The notes under the pieces are model-generated. The model made no database searches. It worked only from the letters and a program-made list of their open reading frames with translations, and was not told where the DNA came from. Both the position numbers and the translations under genes were made by a program. Below, piece after piece: positions 17,201 through 30,255 of a stretch of 64,000 nucleotides of DNA; the first letter of the stretch is position 1, and each line of letters starts with the position of its first letter. Source of the stretch: the human T2T-CHM13v2.0 reference genome, Homo sapiens; assembly GCF_009914755.1 (NCBI RefSeq), contig NC_060938.1. One strand, given 5' to 3'.

Positions 17201-18203
17201 GAAAAAAGGATCTCCGAGTTTGAGGATATGACAACAGAAACTTTTAAAACTAAAAAGCAAAGAGAAAAAAAGATTGAGAAAAAATAGGACCAAATAGCCA
17301 AGAACTATGAGAAAACTACAAATGGTATAAACTACACATACTGGTAACACCAGAAGGAGAATAAAAAGAGAAAGGTACAGAAAAAAGTATTTGAAGCAAT
17401 AATGACTGAGAAATTCCCAAATTAATGTCAGACACCTAATCAACAGATACAGAAAGCTCAGAGACGATCAAGCCAGGTAAATGCCAAAATAAAGTACACC
17501 TCAGTACATCATATTCAAACTTCAGAAAATCAAAGATAAAGAAAAAATCATGGAAGAAGTCAGAGGAAAAAAATCTTACCTATAAAGAAGCAAAAATAAT
17601 AATTATATTTGACTTCTTTTTAGAAACCATGCAAGCAAGAGAGTGGAAGGAAATATTTAAAGCATTTAGAACCAAAAAAAAAAAAAATCCACCAACTTAG
17701 GATTCTGTATCCCATGAAATTATTCTTCAAAAGTGAATGAGAAATAAAGACTTTCTCAGGCAAAAAAAATTTGAGGGAATTTGTTTCCAGTAGATCTGCT
17801 TGCAAGAAATGTTAGAAGTTTTTCAGAGAGAAGAAAAATAATGTAAGTCAGAAACTCAGACCTACAAAAAAAAAAGCATCAGAGAAGAAATAAGTTTAGA
17901 TAAAATGAAAACATTTATGTTTCTTAATCTTAATGATCTAATAGATAGCAGTTTGTTCAAAATAATAACAAAAATATGTTTGATTACATATGCTCATGTG
18001 TGTATGTTTATGTGTAAGTGAAATGAATTACAAGTTACAAAGGACAGGAGAGAGGAATTAGGAATATTTCGTTGTCATTATTATAAGGTACTTGCACTAC
18101 CTGTGAAGGGGTGTAGTGTTACTTGAAAGTGGGGTTGGATTATATATGTACATTGCAAACTCCAGGGCAAGCACTAAAAATAGTTTTTTTAAAAAAGCAT
18201 AGG

Positions 18204-18358
18204 GGCCAGGTAGGATGGGTCACACCTGTAATCCTAGTGTTTTGGGAGGCCATGGTGAGAGGATCACTTGAGCCCAGGAGTTCAAGGCTGCAGTGAGCTA
18301 TAATCACACCACTGCACTCCAGCCTGGGGGAGCGCAAGGTCAAACAAACAAACAAAAA
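18204..18358 (+). mobile_element. Alu monomer (FRAM-like)
   Basis: A single arm containing gagcccaggagttcaaggctgcagtgagcta. TSD aaaaagcata / aaaaaccata. Confidence 0.88.
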
Positions 18359-21300
18359 CCATAATTGACTATAAGTGATATGCTAAGAAAGGAGATAAAA
18401 TTGAATCTCATACAATGCTCAATTAAAACCACAAAAGGCAGAAAAAGTGTGGAAGGCAAACTAGGAAGAAAGAACAAAAACACAAATAAAAATATTAATG
18501 AATATGATATATATTAATCAAACTATATCAATAATCATTTTAAATGTTAATGATAGAAATATACCAATTAAAAGACAGAGATTTTTAGAGTGGATCAAAA
18601 ACAAGACCAAACTATATGCCGTCTAGAAGAAACCCACTTTAAATATAAAGACACATGGAGATTAAAAGTGATGAGGGAAAATATAATATGCTAACACTAA
18701 TTTAAAAAAAGAGGAAGTAACTATACTAATTTCAGACAGAGCAGACTTTAGAGCAAGGAATGTTATCAAGAATGGATAGAGGTATTACATAATGATAAAG
18801 GAGGTAAATACTTCATGGAAACATAATAATCCTCAATATGTATGCACTTAACAACACAGTATCAAAATATGTGAGGTAAAAACTGATAAAACTGTAAGGA
18901 GAAATGGGTGAATCCACTGTTAGGGTTAGACATTTTAACATGTCTTATTAGAAATGGACTGATTCAGGTAGAAAATCAGTAAGCACATTGTTGAACTCAA
19001 CAGCACCATCAATCAACTGGATATAATTGAAATTTATAGACTACTTCATCCAACAACAGCAGATTACGTATTCTTCTCAAGCTCACATGGAACATTAACC
19101 AGGATAGACCACATTTGGGGTCATAAAACATGCCTTAACAAATTTTTAAAGATAAATATCATAAAACATCTACTTCCAGACTACAGTGAAATTAAACTTG
19201 AAATCAGTAACAGAAAGACAGCTGCAAAATCCCAAGATAATTGAAGATTAAACTGCACTTCTAAATAACACATGCCTCAAAAAAGAAATCTCAATTTTTT
19301 AATTTGGAACTAAATGAAAATACAACTTATCAAAATTTGCAGGATGCAGCAAAAGCAGTGCTTAGAGAGAAATTTATGGCATTGAATGCATATATTAGAA
19401 AATAAAAAGTATCTAAAATCGATAGTTTATGCTTCCACCTTAGGATACCAAAATAAGAAAAGCAGCTTAATTTCAAATTGAGCAGAAATCAATAAAATTG
19501 AAAACAGGAACTCAATATAGAAAATCAATAAAACTAAAACTAGTTCTTTGGAAAGATAAATAAAATTGATAAGCCTCTAGCCAGGCACCAAGAGTAGAAG
19601 AGAAGACACAAATTGCTAGTATCAGGAATGAAAGCGGGAACATCACTACAGAACTCATAGACATTAAAAAGATAATAAGGAATAGTATAAACAACCCTAT
19701 GGCCACTACTGTGATACCTAGATAAAATTGACCAATTCCTTGAAAAATAGAATATACCAAAACTCAAACAAGAAAAAAAAGACAATCTAAATAGCCCTAC
19801 ATCTGTTAAAGAAATTAAATCAATGATCAATAACTTCCCAAAACAGACAGCACCAGTCCCAGAGCAATCACTGGTAAAATCTACCAAACATTTAAAGAAG
19901 ACACTATGCCAATTCTCTACAATCTCTTCCCAAAAAAAGCAGACGGTATCCATCCTAATTCATTCTACAAGGCCAGCATTACCCTAATATCAAAACCAGA
20001 CAGAGACATTTTAAGAAAATAAACTATAGATAAATGTATTTTATGAACATGAGAGATGAGATGCAAAAATCTTCAACAAAGACTTAGTAAGTCAAATCCA
20101 AAAATGTGTTAAAATAATTGTATACCACTACCAAGTGGAATTTATCTCAGGTATGTTAGGCTAGTTCAACATTTGAAAATGAATTAATATAATCCATCAC
20201 ATCAAGAGGCTAAAGAAGAAAAATCACATTAACATATCAATAGATGTAGAAAAAGCATTTAACAAAATCCAATATCCATTTATGATTTTTTAAAAATCTC
20301 AGCATGCTAGAAATAGAGGGGGACTTCCTCAATTTGATAAATAAAATCTACTAAAAAAAAAAAAAAAAAGCCTACAGCTAACATCATGTTTAATGGTGAG
20401 AAACTCAAAGCTTTCCTGATAAGATCAGAATCACGACAAGGATGTCCCTGCTGACTACTGCTTTTCAACATGATACCAGAAGTTCTAGCTAATGTAATAA
20501 GACAAGAAAATAAATAAAGTTATATCAATGAGGAAGGAAGAAATAAATCTGCTTCTGTTTACAGGTGAAATGATTGTCTATATAGAAAATTCCAAATAAT
20601 TGACAAAACTAATAAACAATTATACAAAGTTTGCAGGATAGAAGCTAATATATAAAAGCCAATCACTTTCCTTTATACCAGCAATGAATGAATGAAATTT
20701 GAAATTAAAAACATATTACCATTTACATCAGCATCCTCACAAAAATTCTTAGATATAAATACAGCAAAATATATACAGTATCTGTCTGTGGAAAACTAAA
20801 AAACTCTAATGAAAGATACCAAAGCAGAACAAAGTAAATAAAGACATATTCTATGTTCATGGACAGAAGACTTAATATTGTCAATATGTCAATTTTACCC
20901 AAGTTGAATTAGAGATTTAATGCAATCTCAATTAAAATCTCAGCAAGATATTTTATAAATATCAACAAATTGAATCTAAAATGTATATGGAGAGTCAAAA
21001 GACTCAGAAGAGCCAACTCAATATTGTAGAAGCAAAACAAAGTCAGAAGACTGACAGTACCTGACTTCTATATTTACTACAGTAATTAAAACACAGTAAT
21101 TAAAGCTACAGTAATAAAGACCATGTGGTATTGATGAAAAATTAGAGCAAAACAACAACAACAACAACAATTAATGGGATGAGTAGAGAGCCCCAAAATT
21201 GAACTGCATGAGTATAGCCAACTAGCTTTAACAAAGGAGCAATGGCTATTCAATGGGAAAAAATATTGTGTTTCAATGAATGGTATTAGAACAACTAGAC

Positions 21301-22761
21301 ATCCACATAAAAAAACAGAGACACAGACCTTACACTCTTCTCAAAAATTAATTCAAAATATATAAAAGACTTAAATTCAAAACTGTAGAATTCCTAGAAG
21401 ATAACATAGGAGAAAATCTAGGCGAACTTGGATGTGACAATGACTTTTTAAATACAACACGAAAGGCATGACCCATAAAATAAATATTCGATAAGCTGGA
21501 CTTCTTTGAAATTGAGAACTTCTGCTCTGCAAAAGACAATATCAAGAGAATGAGAAGACTAGCCAGAGACTAGGAGAAAATATTTGTGAGACACACATCT
21601 TATAAAGGACTAGTATCCAAAATATACAAAGAGCTAAATTCAGCAATAAGAAAAAAAACTAGTTGATTTTAAAATAAGAAAAATACCTGAACAGACACCT
21701 CACCAAAGAAGATGTTAAAGTAAACATATGAAAAAATGTTCAACATCAAATGCCATTAGGGAATTGCAAATTAAAACAATGAGATACCACTGCACACCTA
21801 TTAGAATGGCCAAAATCCAAAACACTGACAACGTCAAATGCTGGGGAGGATGTGAAAGAACAGGAACTCCCACTCATTGCTGGTGAAAATGCAAAGTAAT
21901 ACAACCACTTTGGAAGACAATTTGGCAGTTTCTTACAAAACTAAACATACTCTTACTATACAATCCATCAATCAATCATATTTTTTACCCAAATGATTGA
22001 AGGCTTTATGTTCACACAAAAACCTGCACTTGGATATTTATAACAGCTTTGTTAATGATTGCCAAACCTTGGGAGCAACCAAGATGTCCTTCACTAGGTG
22101 AATGAACAAATAAGCTACGATACATCTAGACAATGGAATACTATTCACAGCTAAAAATAAATTAGCTATCAAACCATAAAAAGGCATGGAAGAAATTTAA
22201 ATGCATATTACTAAGGGAAAGGACACAATCTAAAAAGGCTGTAAACTCTGTGATTCCAACTATATGACATTCTGGAAAAGGCAAAACTATGGAGGCAGTA
22301 AAAATATTAGTGGTTGCCAGGGGCTACAGGGAGGGAGGGATGAATACATAAAGCACAGAAAATTTTTAGGGTAGTGAAACTATTCTGTATGATACCGCAA
22401 TGAGGAATACATATCATTATACATTTGTCCAAACCCATAAAATGTACAAAACCGAAAGTAAATGCTAATGTAATCTATGGACTTTGGGTGACAATGATAT
22501 GTCAATATAGTTTCGTCAATTGTAAAAAAGGTACCACTGTGGTGTAGGATGTCCACAGTGGGGGAGCTTGTGACTGTGTGGAGGTAATGGGGTATGTGGG
22601 AACTCTCTGTACTTTCTACACAAATTTTCTCTGAACCTAAAACTACTCTTTGAAAAAAAAGTTTATTAACTTGAAAAACATTTAATGAAAAGACTTTTAA
22701 ATTCCTTCAATAAGGTCATTCATTTCTTGAATACTTTTATTAAACATATTCTCTGTGCCAG

Positions 22762-23197
22762 TGTATCAGTTTGGGTCCTCCGAGAAGCAGGCATCAAGAC
22801 AAGACTAAATGTGCAAGAAAGTTATTAGGGGAATGTCTGTGAAAGAAATTGGAGACTTCCAGGAAAGGCTGAGAGAACCATTAGACTGTGATGTAGGTCT
22901 GACTTTGAGTAAAGAAGAGAGAGAAGGAAGGAAGGCTAGGTAGAAGCTTGCTAGATTGCTATGCAGTCTAAGGAAAGTTGGACAAGGCCATTGCAGAGCT
23001 CTCGAGCCAAAATTGCCCATCAGTGGAGTCTTGCATCTCTCAGAAATGGGTCTGCTTCAGTGTCGCTGCCGGGCACAGCCAATAGCTGGGAAACACGGAT
23101 TTGACACAAACTCAGTGATGGATTTCACAGCCAAGCAGCTGGAGCCCTTGGTCCCTACAGTTGGAGATCTGAGAGGCACATTCTCATGGCCACCACA
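22762..23197 (-). mobile_element. ERVL solo LTR, LTR16-like
   Basis: The reverse complement begins tgtggtggccatgagaatgtgcctctcagatctcc, resembling the LTR16 5' end. Confidence 0.7.
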
Positions 23198-23549
23198 GAG
23201 AGGAACTTTTTTATCCACCAAAAAATGAGAAGAGAGGTTCTAGTGTGGAAAGGAGGGGAGGACTTAGCCTAACCCTGCTTCTAACCCAGTAGCTATCCCC
23301 TAGAAGCCATTCTGGTGAGACAGCAAAAGCCTGGGCCTTTACACCAATTCTCCCAAATATGGAGAGATGCAGACAGAGCGAGAGGATTTTGTCTAAGTTT
23401 ATTCAATCAAATTGTTGATATATTTTTGGCTGGTTTGTACTCTCCCCTGCCCCCTATTTATTAAGTATTGGAGAATAGAGATCCTGTGAGTTCATTTCAA
23501 TTCACTATTTTAAGTCGTAAGTCCTCCATTAGCTTTCTAATATCACATC

Positions 23550-24108
<559 letters not shown>

Positions 24109-26447
24109 TTAATTGCATCATTTCCTATCCTCTTGTGATTCCCACACAAAAAAGACCTATCACTGTCATTTTCATTTGCTAATATTGTGTTTAAATTTTC
24201 TTTTCCAAATGAACTCATCTACTAAAAGCAAATGAGAACTCAAAACCATTTTATAAAACCATCTGGGTAATAATGTAAGAGCTCAGCAATTTTCAATTAG
24301 GTGGAGACAATGTCCCCAAATAGGAAATTCGCCTGAATGTTGGAAACAGGGTATTAAACAGCACATACCAAACATCTTGTGAGCCTTCCATATCTAACAC
24401 CCAAGAGATCATACTGCATTTTTCAGTGAGAACCCAGGATTACTCTAAGAAGTTGTCTTTGATTTCTTTTCTGAGCACAATACCTGCTTTAATTAGCCTA
24501 AATGAAAGTGTCTTCTATTAGACCACGCTCAATCTCTAAACCTGGCTACTGACATTCTTGGAAGAAGGGTGAGTGTACATGAATGTAAGCGGCCTTCCCA
24601 TGCACAGTGACCTCAATGCCATGCTCTTCACATGGGGTCTCACTAAAGTGTGTTCTGAGGAGGGGTATGCAAGTTTGCATCCAGAGAGGAGACAATGAGC
24701 ACCATGAGGGAGAGTAACCCACCAGCTCCACAGAGCTGGTGAGATTCAGAAAGGAAAAGCACATCTAATGAGGCTGCTGAGGTGTGATGTAAGTGGGCCC
24801 TGGGAGATATAAGTCCCACTTCCATATCACCTACGAATTCTTCAGTGACATCTACATCGTGCATGGAAGCATTTTAATGAATAGTCTGAACTTAGTAAGA
24901 ATACAAACAGTAATAGTTTTATTTTTCTCTTTCCACTGCTTTCTGCATATTCTGATGGATCGCCTTTCTCTACCTTTTAATGACATCCCAGGTAGATGCA
25001 GTGATTATCTAATCCCTTTTGTTTTTTTACAATCTCCTTTCTAAAGGAGATTTTTACATACTCTAACATTCTGTCTAATCTAAAATAAAACTTGAACCTC
25101 ACATCTAATTTCAGGCCCTTTCCCTTTCTTTTCTCCTCACTACCTTCCTCCACTGCCCACTCCTCCAGTCAGGCTTGAACTTGGCTTGGGACTTGCAGTA
25201 GAGGTTGAGCATGACCTGTTCTTCCACCTTCTTCCCTCTCTTCTGCCCTTTTTGGGGTCAGTGCATGAAGAGGGATTAAAGGAAGAGGCAAAAGTCTCTT
25301 TTCCCCCTTAGATAGTCACTGTTATCTTTCTCCCTTGGCTGACACTAGGTGGCCCTTCTGTGTTGCCCACTTTCAAATGCTGGCTTCTTGTGAGATGTGT
25401 CTGAGTTCTCAGAGTCACAGTGGGAACTACCTTACTATTCAGGTCCTGGAGGGGATGGCGTGCTCTCCAGTTGCTCTCTTTGGACCATCTCTTAGCTCCT
25501 GCCCCCCACCATGGTACTTTCCACAGTTGAGTCCCCACTCACATGTGCTGCCCTCTTAGGAAGATGCTTTCTAGATCACTTAAGCCTGGCCAGCTCCTGT
25601 GGCAAGGAAAATGCTTGCCAAATGCTGGCCCTCTTATCCTTTTTCTCAACCCAGCCATTGCAGGCTGCACCATCCATCCTCATACCTCCACAATCGTCCA
25701 GGTTGTAATTATGCCCCATTCTCTATATGCAGGGATCACTCTAAGCTCCAGTGTCAAGGAGTCAAGTCCTTCAGGAATTCTCTGCCTCCACTCCCTGTGG
25801 CAGAGCTAGAGTGGCTGCCATGCTTCTGAGCTCAGCCAGCATCCAGAGAGAGAGTGAGATACAGCCTCCTCTTCTTGAAGCACCCACTTCTAAACTCTGT
25901 GACAGTTTTCTTGGAACTCTGTTATGTGGATCTGGAGATGACAATGTCACAGCACTCCCCTCTAAGCCTAAATTCCCCCACACCGATGAACTATTAGGTG
26001 AGTTTCCTTCAAATGTCATGTCTTCACTTTATATAGGATAGTTAGGATGTGGTGGGCGGTAGTGATAGTCAGAGTATCAATAGATTACCCAGAAAGCCAT
26101 AGAGGGCACCTCTGCCATCTTCCTGACACTGTTGTAAAAATATGGGGGAACTTGCCTGCTCTCTTCAGCTTTGGGGCTTTACAAGAAACTCTGAGAAAAT
26201 AGGGAAAGTCTCATGCATAAGCAGGTTATGCACACTATTGCATTGGTGTGAATGGGTCATTCACTGTAAATATAAGAGCTGTGGAGGACGTGCGTTCAAG
26301 ATTGGTACTAGGTGAGAACCAAAGCCTCTGGGGTGAGGGGGCACATATAATGCATATATACAAAAAGGTAATGTTATAAGCAGTTTCTGAGCATCCTGTG
26401 CTGGGTGGACAAAAGCACATCAGAGACTGCATAATGAGGGAATTTCT

Positions 26448-26530
26448 AATGAATCAGCAAATATTAACAAAACCCATCAATGTGCCAGGCAACTGTGACA
26501 GGTGCTAGAGATATAGAAATGAATAGAACC
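26448..26530 (-). mobile_element. L2 3' fragment
   Basis: cagcaaatatt...atgtgccaggcaactgtg...ggtgctagagatatagaaatgaat. Confidence 0.65.
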
Positions 26531-27134
26531 CAAAGGTGGTGGAGGAGTCTCACTTGAAAAACATTGTCCAGGCAACTAATGGTTAGGTGAATACAAACAA
26601 AAGTCCCAATCACACTCTTTCCTAAATGGATTTGTAATTGCCTCCATTGGGAGCAGATTGCAATATCAATAACTACAGTATAATGAACTGACTTGCTATT
26701 CCATTTTCATGGGGAACTTTGCAGTTTCTCCACTAAGCCATGAATCATGTTTATTTGAAGACCAATTTCACTCCCACCCAGTATCCACAGGAAGAAGTGC
26801 ACTCATCCCAGAGGCTCAATTACTCCCTCCCGCTTCCCAGCACTAGCCTGGAGAAAGCTCCGAGAATCATACATTATTGCCTCTGAACTGTGGCTAATTT
26901 CTTAGAGTGTTTAAGAATTTGTATAAATGGTTATCTTTAAAGATGCATCAAATTAGAGAAAAAAAATAAATAATATCCTGAAGTTTAGAACTTCATCAAC
27001 TCAATCAGTGAGCATTTCCTTTTGCCAGTTAACTCTTCACTTACTGTGATTTGTACCTCCCAATTTGTATACATAATGACTAAGTTTCATTGGCTTGCAT
27101 AAGTAAATGGTTTTTGTTTTGGGGTTTTTTATCT

Positions 27135-27360
27135 ACATACAATTACTATGTATTAAAATCTTCCAGGATGCTAGGAACTTTGTATGGATTAGTTCTTACA
27201 ACAACTGTAGAAATAGGTAGTGTTATCCCCATTTAATAGGTGATTAAATGAGGCCCAGAGCCATTAAATAATTTGCTGACACTCATGCAATTAGCAATGT
27301 GGACAGAGAATTTCAAGCTAGGTTTCTCTAATCCAGATCTTAGAGTCTTCCCCTACTGCA
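27135..27360 (-). mobile_element. MIR
   Basis: gttatccccattt...tgaggcccagag core. Confidence 0.7.
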
Positions 27361-27629
27361 TCTCTCTAAAGAAGATTAAAGAAAAATATTCTGAGAAATG
27401 TAGCCAAGAAGTGAAAAGAAAAGCTTATGCATCTCTACTAAATAGGTCAACAGTAGCAACACACCACCTTGGATATGCTATGTGCCAAATACTCTGGAGT
27501 CCTTGTCTGAAAAGCTTCAAGAAGAGTGACATAACTGTTAATTTTCTCTACCTTAGTGGTGTAACACCAAAATGAGAATATCCACCGCTCTCATTACTGC
27601 CACATTTCCCCAAATCTCCAAAAGACATC

Positions 27630-27985
27630 TAAGTGTCATCTGGTCCCACGATCCCTCCCTAGACCCACCACATTTGCTCTGAGAGGTCCTCTAGTCCCTA
27701 CTGGAACACAGTCGGGAATGGGAACTCACGGCCTCCCCAGGCAGCCCCTTTCATCTTTGCATGGCTCAGAGATAAAATTATTCTGAGCCTGGATCTCATG
27801 CCCTGTGGTTTCCGCTCATGGTTCTGCCTTTCGAAATTCAGAATAATTTTAATCCATCTTTTACATGACAGCTGTCATATATTTGAAGGCATCTCTCATA
27901 TTCCCAGTTGAAACATCTAAGCATCTCCTGGCTTTTTAAGTATAAATATGATATGATTTTAAATTCCTTCATTATTCTAGTCATT
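27630..27985 (-). mobile_element. L3/CR1 fragment
   Basis: ggggaactcacggcctccccaggcagcccctttcatc...acatgacagc...atatttgaag resembles the L3 3' region. Confidence 0.6.
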
Positions 27986-27989
27986 CACC

Positions 27990-28200
27990 TCTGGTCTTGA
28001 CTGCTACCTATATGTCCCACCTGGACAATTGCAGTAGCTTCTTGGCTAGTCTTCTTCTTTCATTCATAAACTATAGTCTAAACTCCACTCAGCACCTGGG
28101 ATATTTCTTTAAAATGTATGATCCTGTCTTTCTCCAGCTGAAAAACTTCCAATAGCTTCATTTAGAACAAAATCCATACTCCTCACTTCAGTGCATTAGG
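27990..28200 (+). mobile_element. L2 fragment
   Basis: cacctggacaattgcagtagcttc...aaaacttccaatagcttc...agaacaaaatcc. Confidence 0.65.
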
Positions 28201-28844
28201 CACTCACTGTTTTACTCTCAGAGTGACGGTTAACTGACCTGAAACAATAAAACTTCATCCTTGCTGGATGATTTTGCAACTGCTCTGTATTTTATTGACA
28301 TTCAGATAAATACTCATGTGAAATATGTTCAGAGCAGATTCAAGGGTACATTTAATTTGTCATGAAATGCAAGCATGATCTGAAATGCAAACGGGTCCTA
28401 AAGTAAAATACTCTAACCTCTGACCCTGACGCTTGGAATATTTTATGAACTTTTCAACCTCTTATAGAAGCTAGCTCTTCTGACACAAACTCTAGCTTTT
28501 ATGTTATTATAAACATCTAGGATGTAGAAGGTTTTTTATCTTCTCATCAAAGAAGGACATTCCGTAGCCATTCTAAATAAATCCAAAATAATATAAATAA
28601 AAATATAAGTGCAGTATGTTTTATGCTGTAACACCTAAACTAGGTGTTCTTGATCTGGAATCCATGAGGCTCTGAAATTCTCTCTCTCAGTAAATTTTGA
28701 TTTTAAAACGTAATCAGTGAATGAAAGGGAGACTCCTCTTTGTAGAAATCTCTGCGCGAACCATAGAAGCTGGTTGGCAAGATCAGATATGTTGATGTTA
28801 ACCACTCACCTATGTCTTCATTCCACTATAACTGTTGCCTGTTG

Positions 28845-29790
28845 TCTTACTGAGAGCCAGCACCAAGCTAAGTGCAGGGAATCAGTGGGGAGCACTCAAA
28901 GCAGAGCACCTGGAGAGGATGTGGAGAAATAGGAACACTTTTACACTGTTGGTGGGACTGTAAACTAGTTCAACCATTGTGGAAGTCAGTGTGGCAATTC
29001 CTCAGGGATCTAGAACTAGAAATACCATTTGACCCAGCCATCCCATTACTGGGTATATACCCAAAGGACTATAAATCATGCTGCTATAAAGACACATGCA
29101 CACGTATGTTTATTGCGGCACTATTCACAATAGCAAAGACTTGGAACCAACCCAAATGTCCAACAATGATAGACTGGATTAAGAAAATGTGGCACATATA
29201 CACCATGGAATACTATGCAGCCATAAAAAATGATGAGTTCATGTCCTTTGTAGGGATATGGATGAAATTAGAAATCATCATTCTCAGTAAACTATCACAA
29301 GAACAAAAAACCAAACACCGCATATTCTCACTCATAGGTGGGAATTGAACAATGAGAACACATGGACACAGGAAGGGGAACATCACACTCTGGGGACTGT
29401 TATGGGGTAGGGGGAGGGGGGAGGGATAGCATCGGGAGATAAACCTAATGCTAGATGACGAGTTAGTGGATGCAGCACACCAGCACGTCACATGTATACA
29501 TATGTAACTAACCTGCACATTGTGCACATGTACCCTAAAACTTAAAGTATTAAAAAAAAAAAGCAAAGCAGAGGACCTGTCCTCAGAGAGTTCAGTCCAC
29601 TGTTGAAGACATATGTTAAATCAATAATCATAGAAATATGCCATTACAAACTGTGATAAATGCTATAAAACCAAAATGCTGGAAAACCTAATTTAATGAC
29701 AGAGCCTTGGACAGCCATCCTAGGGAAAGTAATGTTTTAGCTGAAAGCCAAAGGTTGAAAAGTAGTTCACCAGTAAGGAATTCCTGCTAG
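28845..29790 (-). mobile_element. L2 fragment, host of the L1PA2 insertion
   Basis: L2-like sequence continues across the insertion (cctgtcctcagagagttcagtc...gataaatgctat). Confidence 0.65.
28910..29562 (+). mobile_element. 5'-truncated young L1 (L1PA2-like): ORF2 C-terminus and 3' UTR
   Basis: Uninterrupted WRGCGEIGTLLHCWWDC...IFSLIGGN*. Diagnostic gctagatgacgagttagtg (GAG rather than the L1HS ACA). Poly(A) tail. TSD caaagcagagcacctg (28897-28912) / caaagcagaggacctg (29564-29579). Confidence 0.97.
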
Positions 29791-29862
29791 GCCCTGCACT
29801 AAAGGTCTCCAGTGCTTCTCTGTGGGTATGTTTCCTGGGAAACTTCCCAAGGGGTGGGTACC

Positions 29863-30255
29863 TGTGTAGTAGTTTGTCTCCAAAGACAGCCCCCATCCTA
29901 TTCCTAATGGGTTCCTCTTAGTACCTACAGGTGACTCCAATCTCTGGGTGAATTTGGGTTGGCCTTTCGCTGTTTAGAACAATAGAACATGGCAGAGGCG
30001 ATGTTGTGCCATATTTGTCACATGGAAGGGCATTAGGGACCGGACATGTGAGTACCGAGGCCAGGCTGATATCTATTTCATTTATGCCTTCTGATGACGC
30101 CAGCTCCTGCAGCTATCTAAGTGCAACCATGTGAGACAGCCCAACAAGAACTGCCAAGCCAAGCCCATCAACCATCAACAGAGAATCATAAGTCATTATT
30201 TCAAGCCAACACGTTTTGGGATATTTGGTTACACAGCAAAAGATAAGCAGAATAC
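29863..30255 (+). mobile_element. MLT1H-like solo LTR
   Basis: tgtagtagtttgtctccaaag...ttacacagcaaaagataagcagaata. Confidence 0.75.

Larger units (their letters stand above)
16070..22678 (+). mobile_element. Near-complete ancient LINE-1 (L1MC1/2-like): 5' region, ORF1, ORF2 and 3' UTR, all decayed; hosts three younger insertions
   Basis: Collinear L1 ORF1, endonuclease (gaagaaacccac, atagaccacatttggggtcataaa), RT and C-terminal sequence. L1MC-type 3' UTR (gacattctggaaaaggcaaaactatgg...gaacctaaaactactct). Confidence 0.9.

Noticed and set aside
24546-25044. Overlapping short ORFs as a processed pseudogene
   Set aside because: There is no recognisable protein similarity, poly(A) or TSD.
28872-29348. 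158-aa ORF with a Cys/His motif
   Set aside because: It is only the C-terminus of L1 ORF2 in a truncated copy, with a GTG start in flanking L2 sequence.
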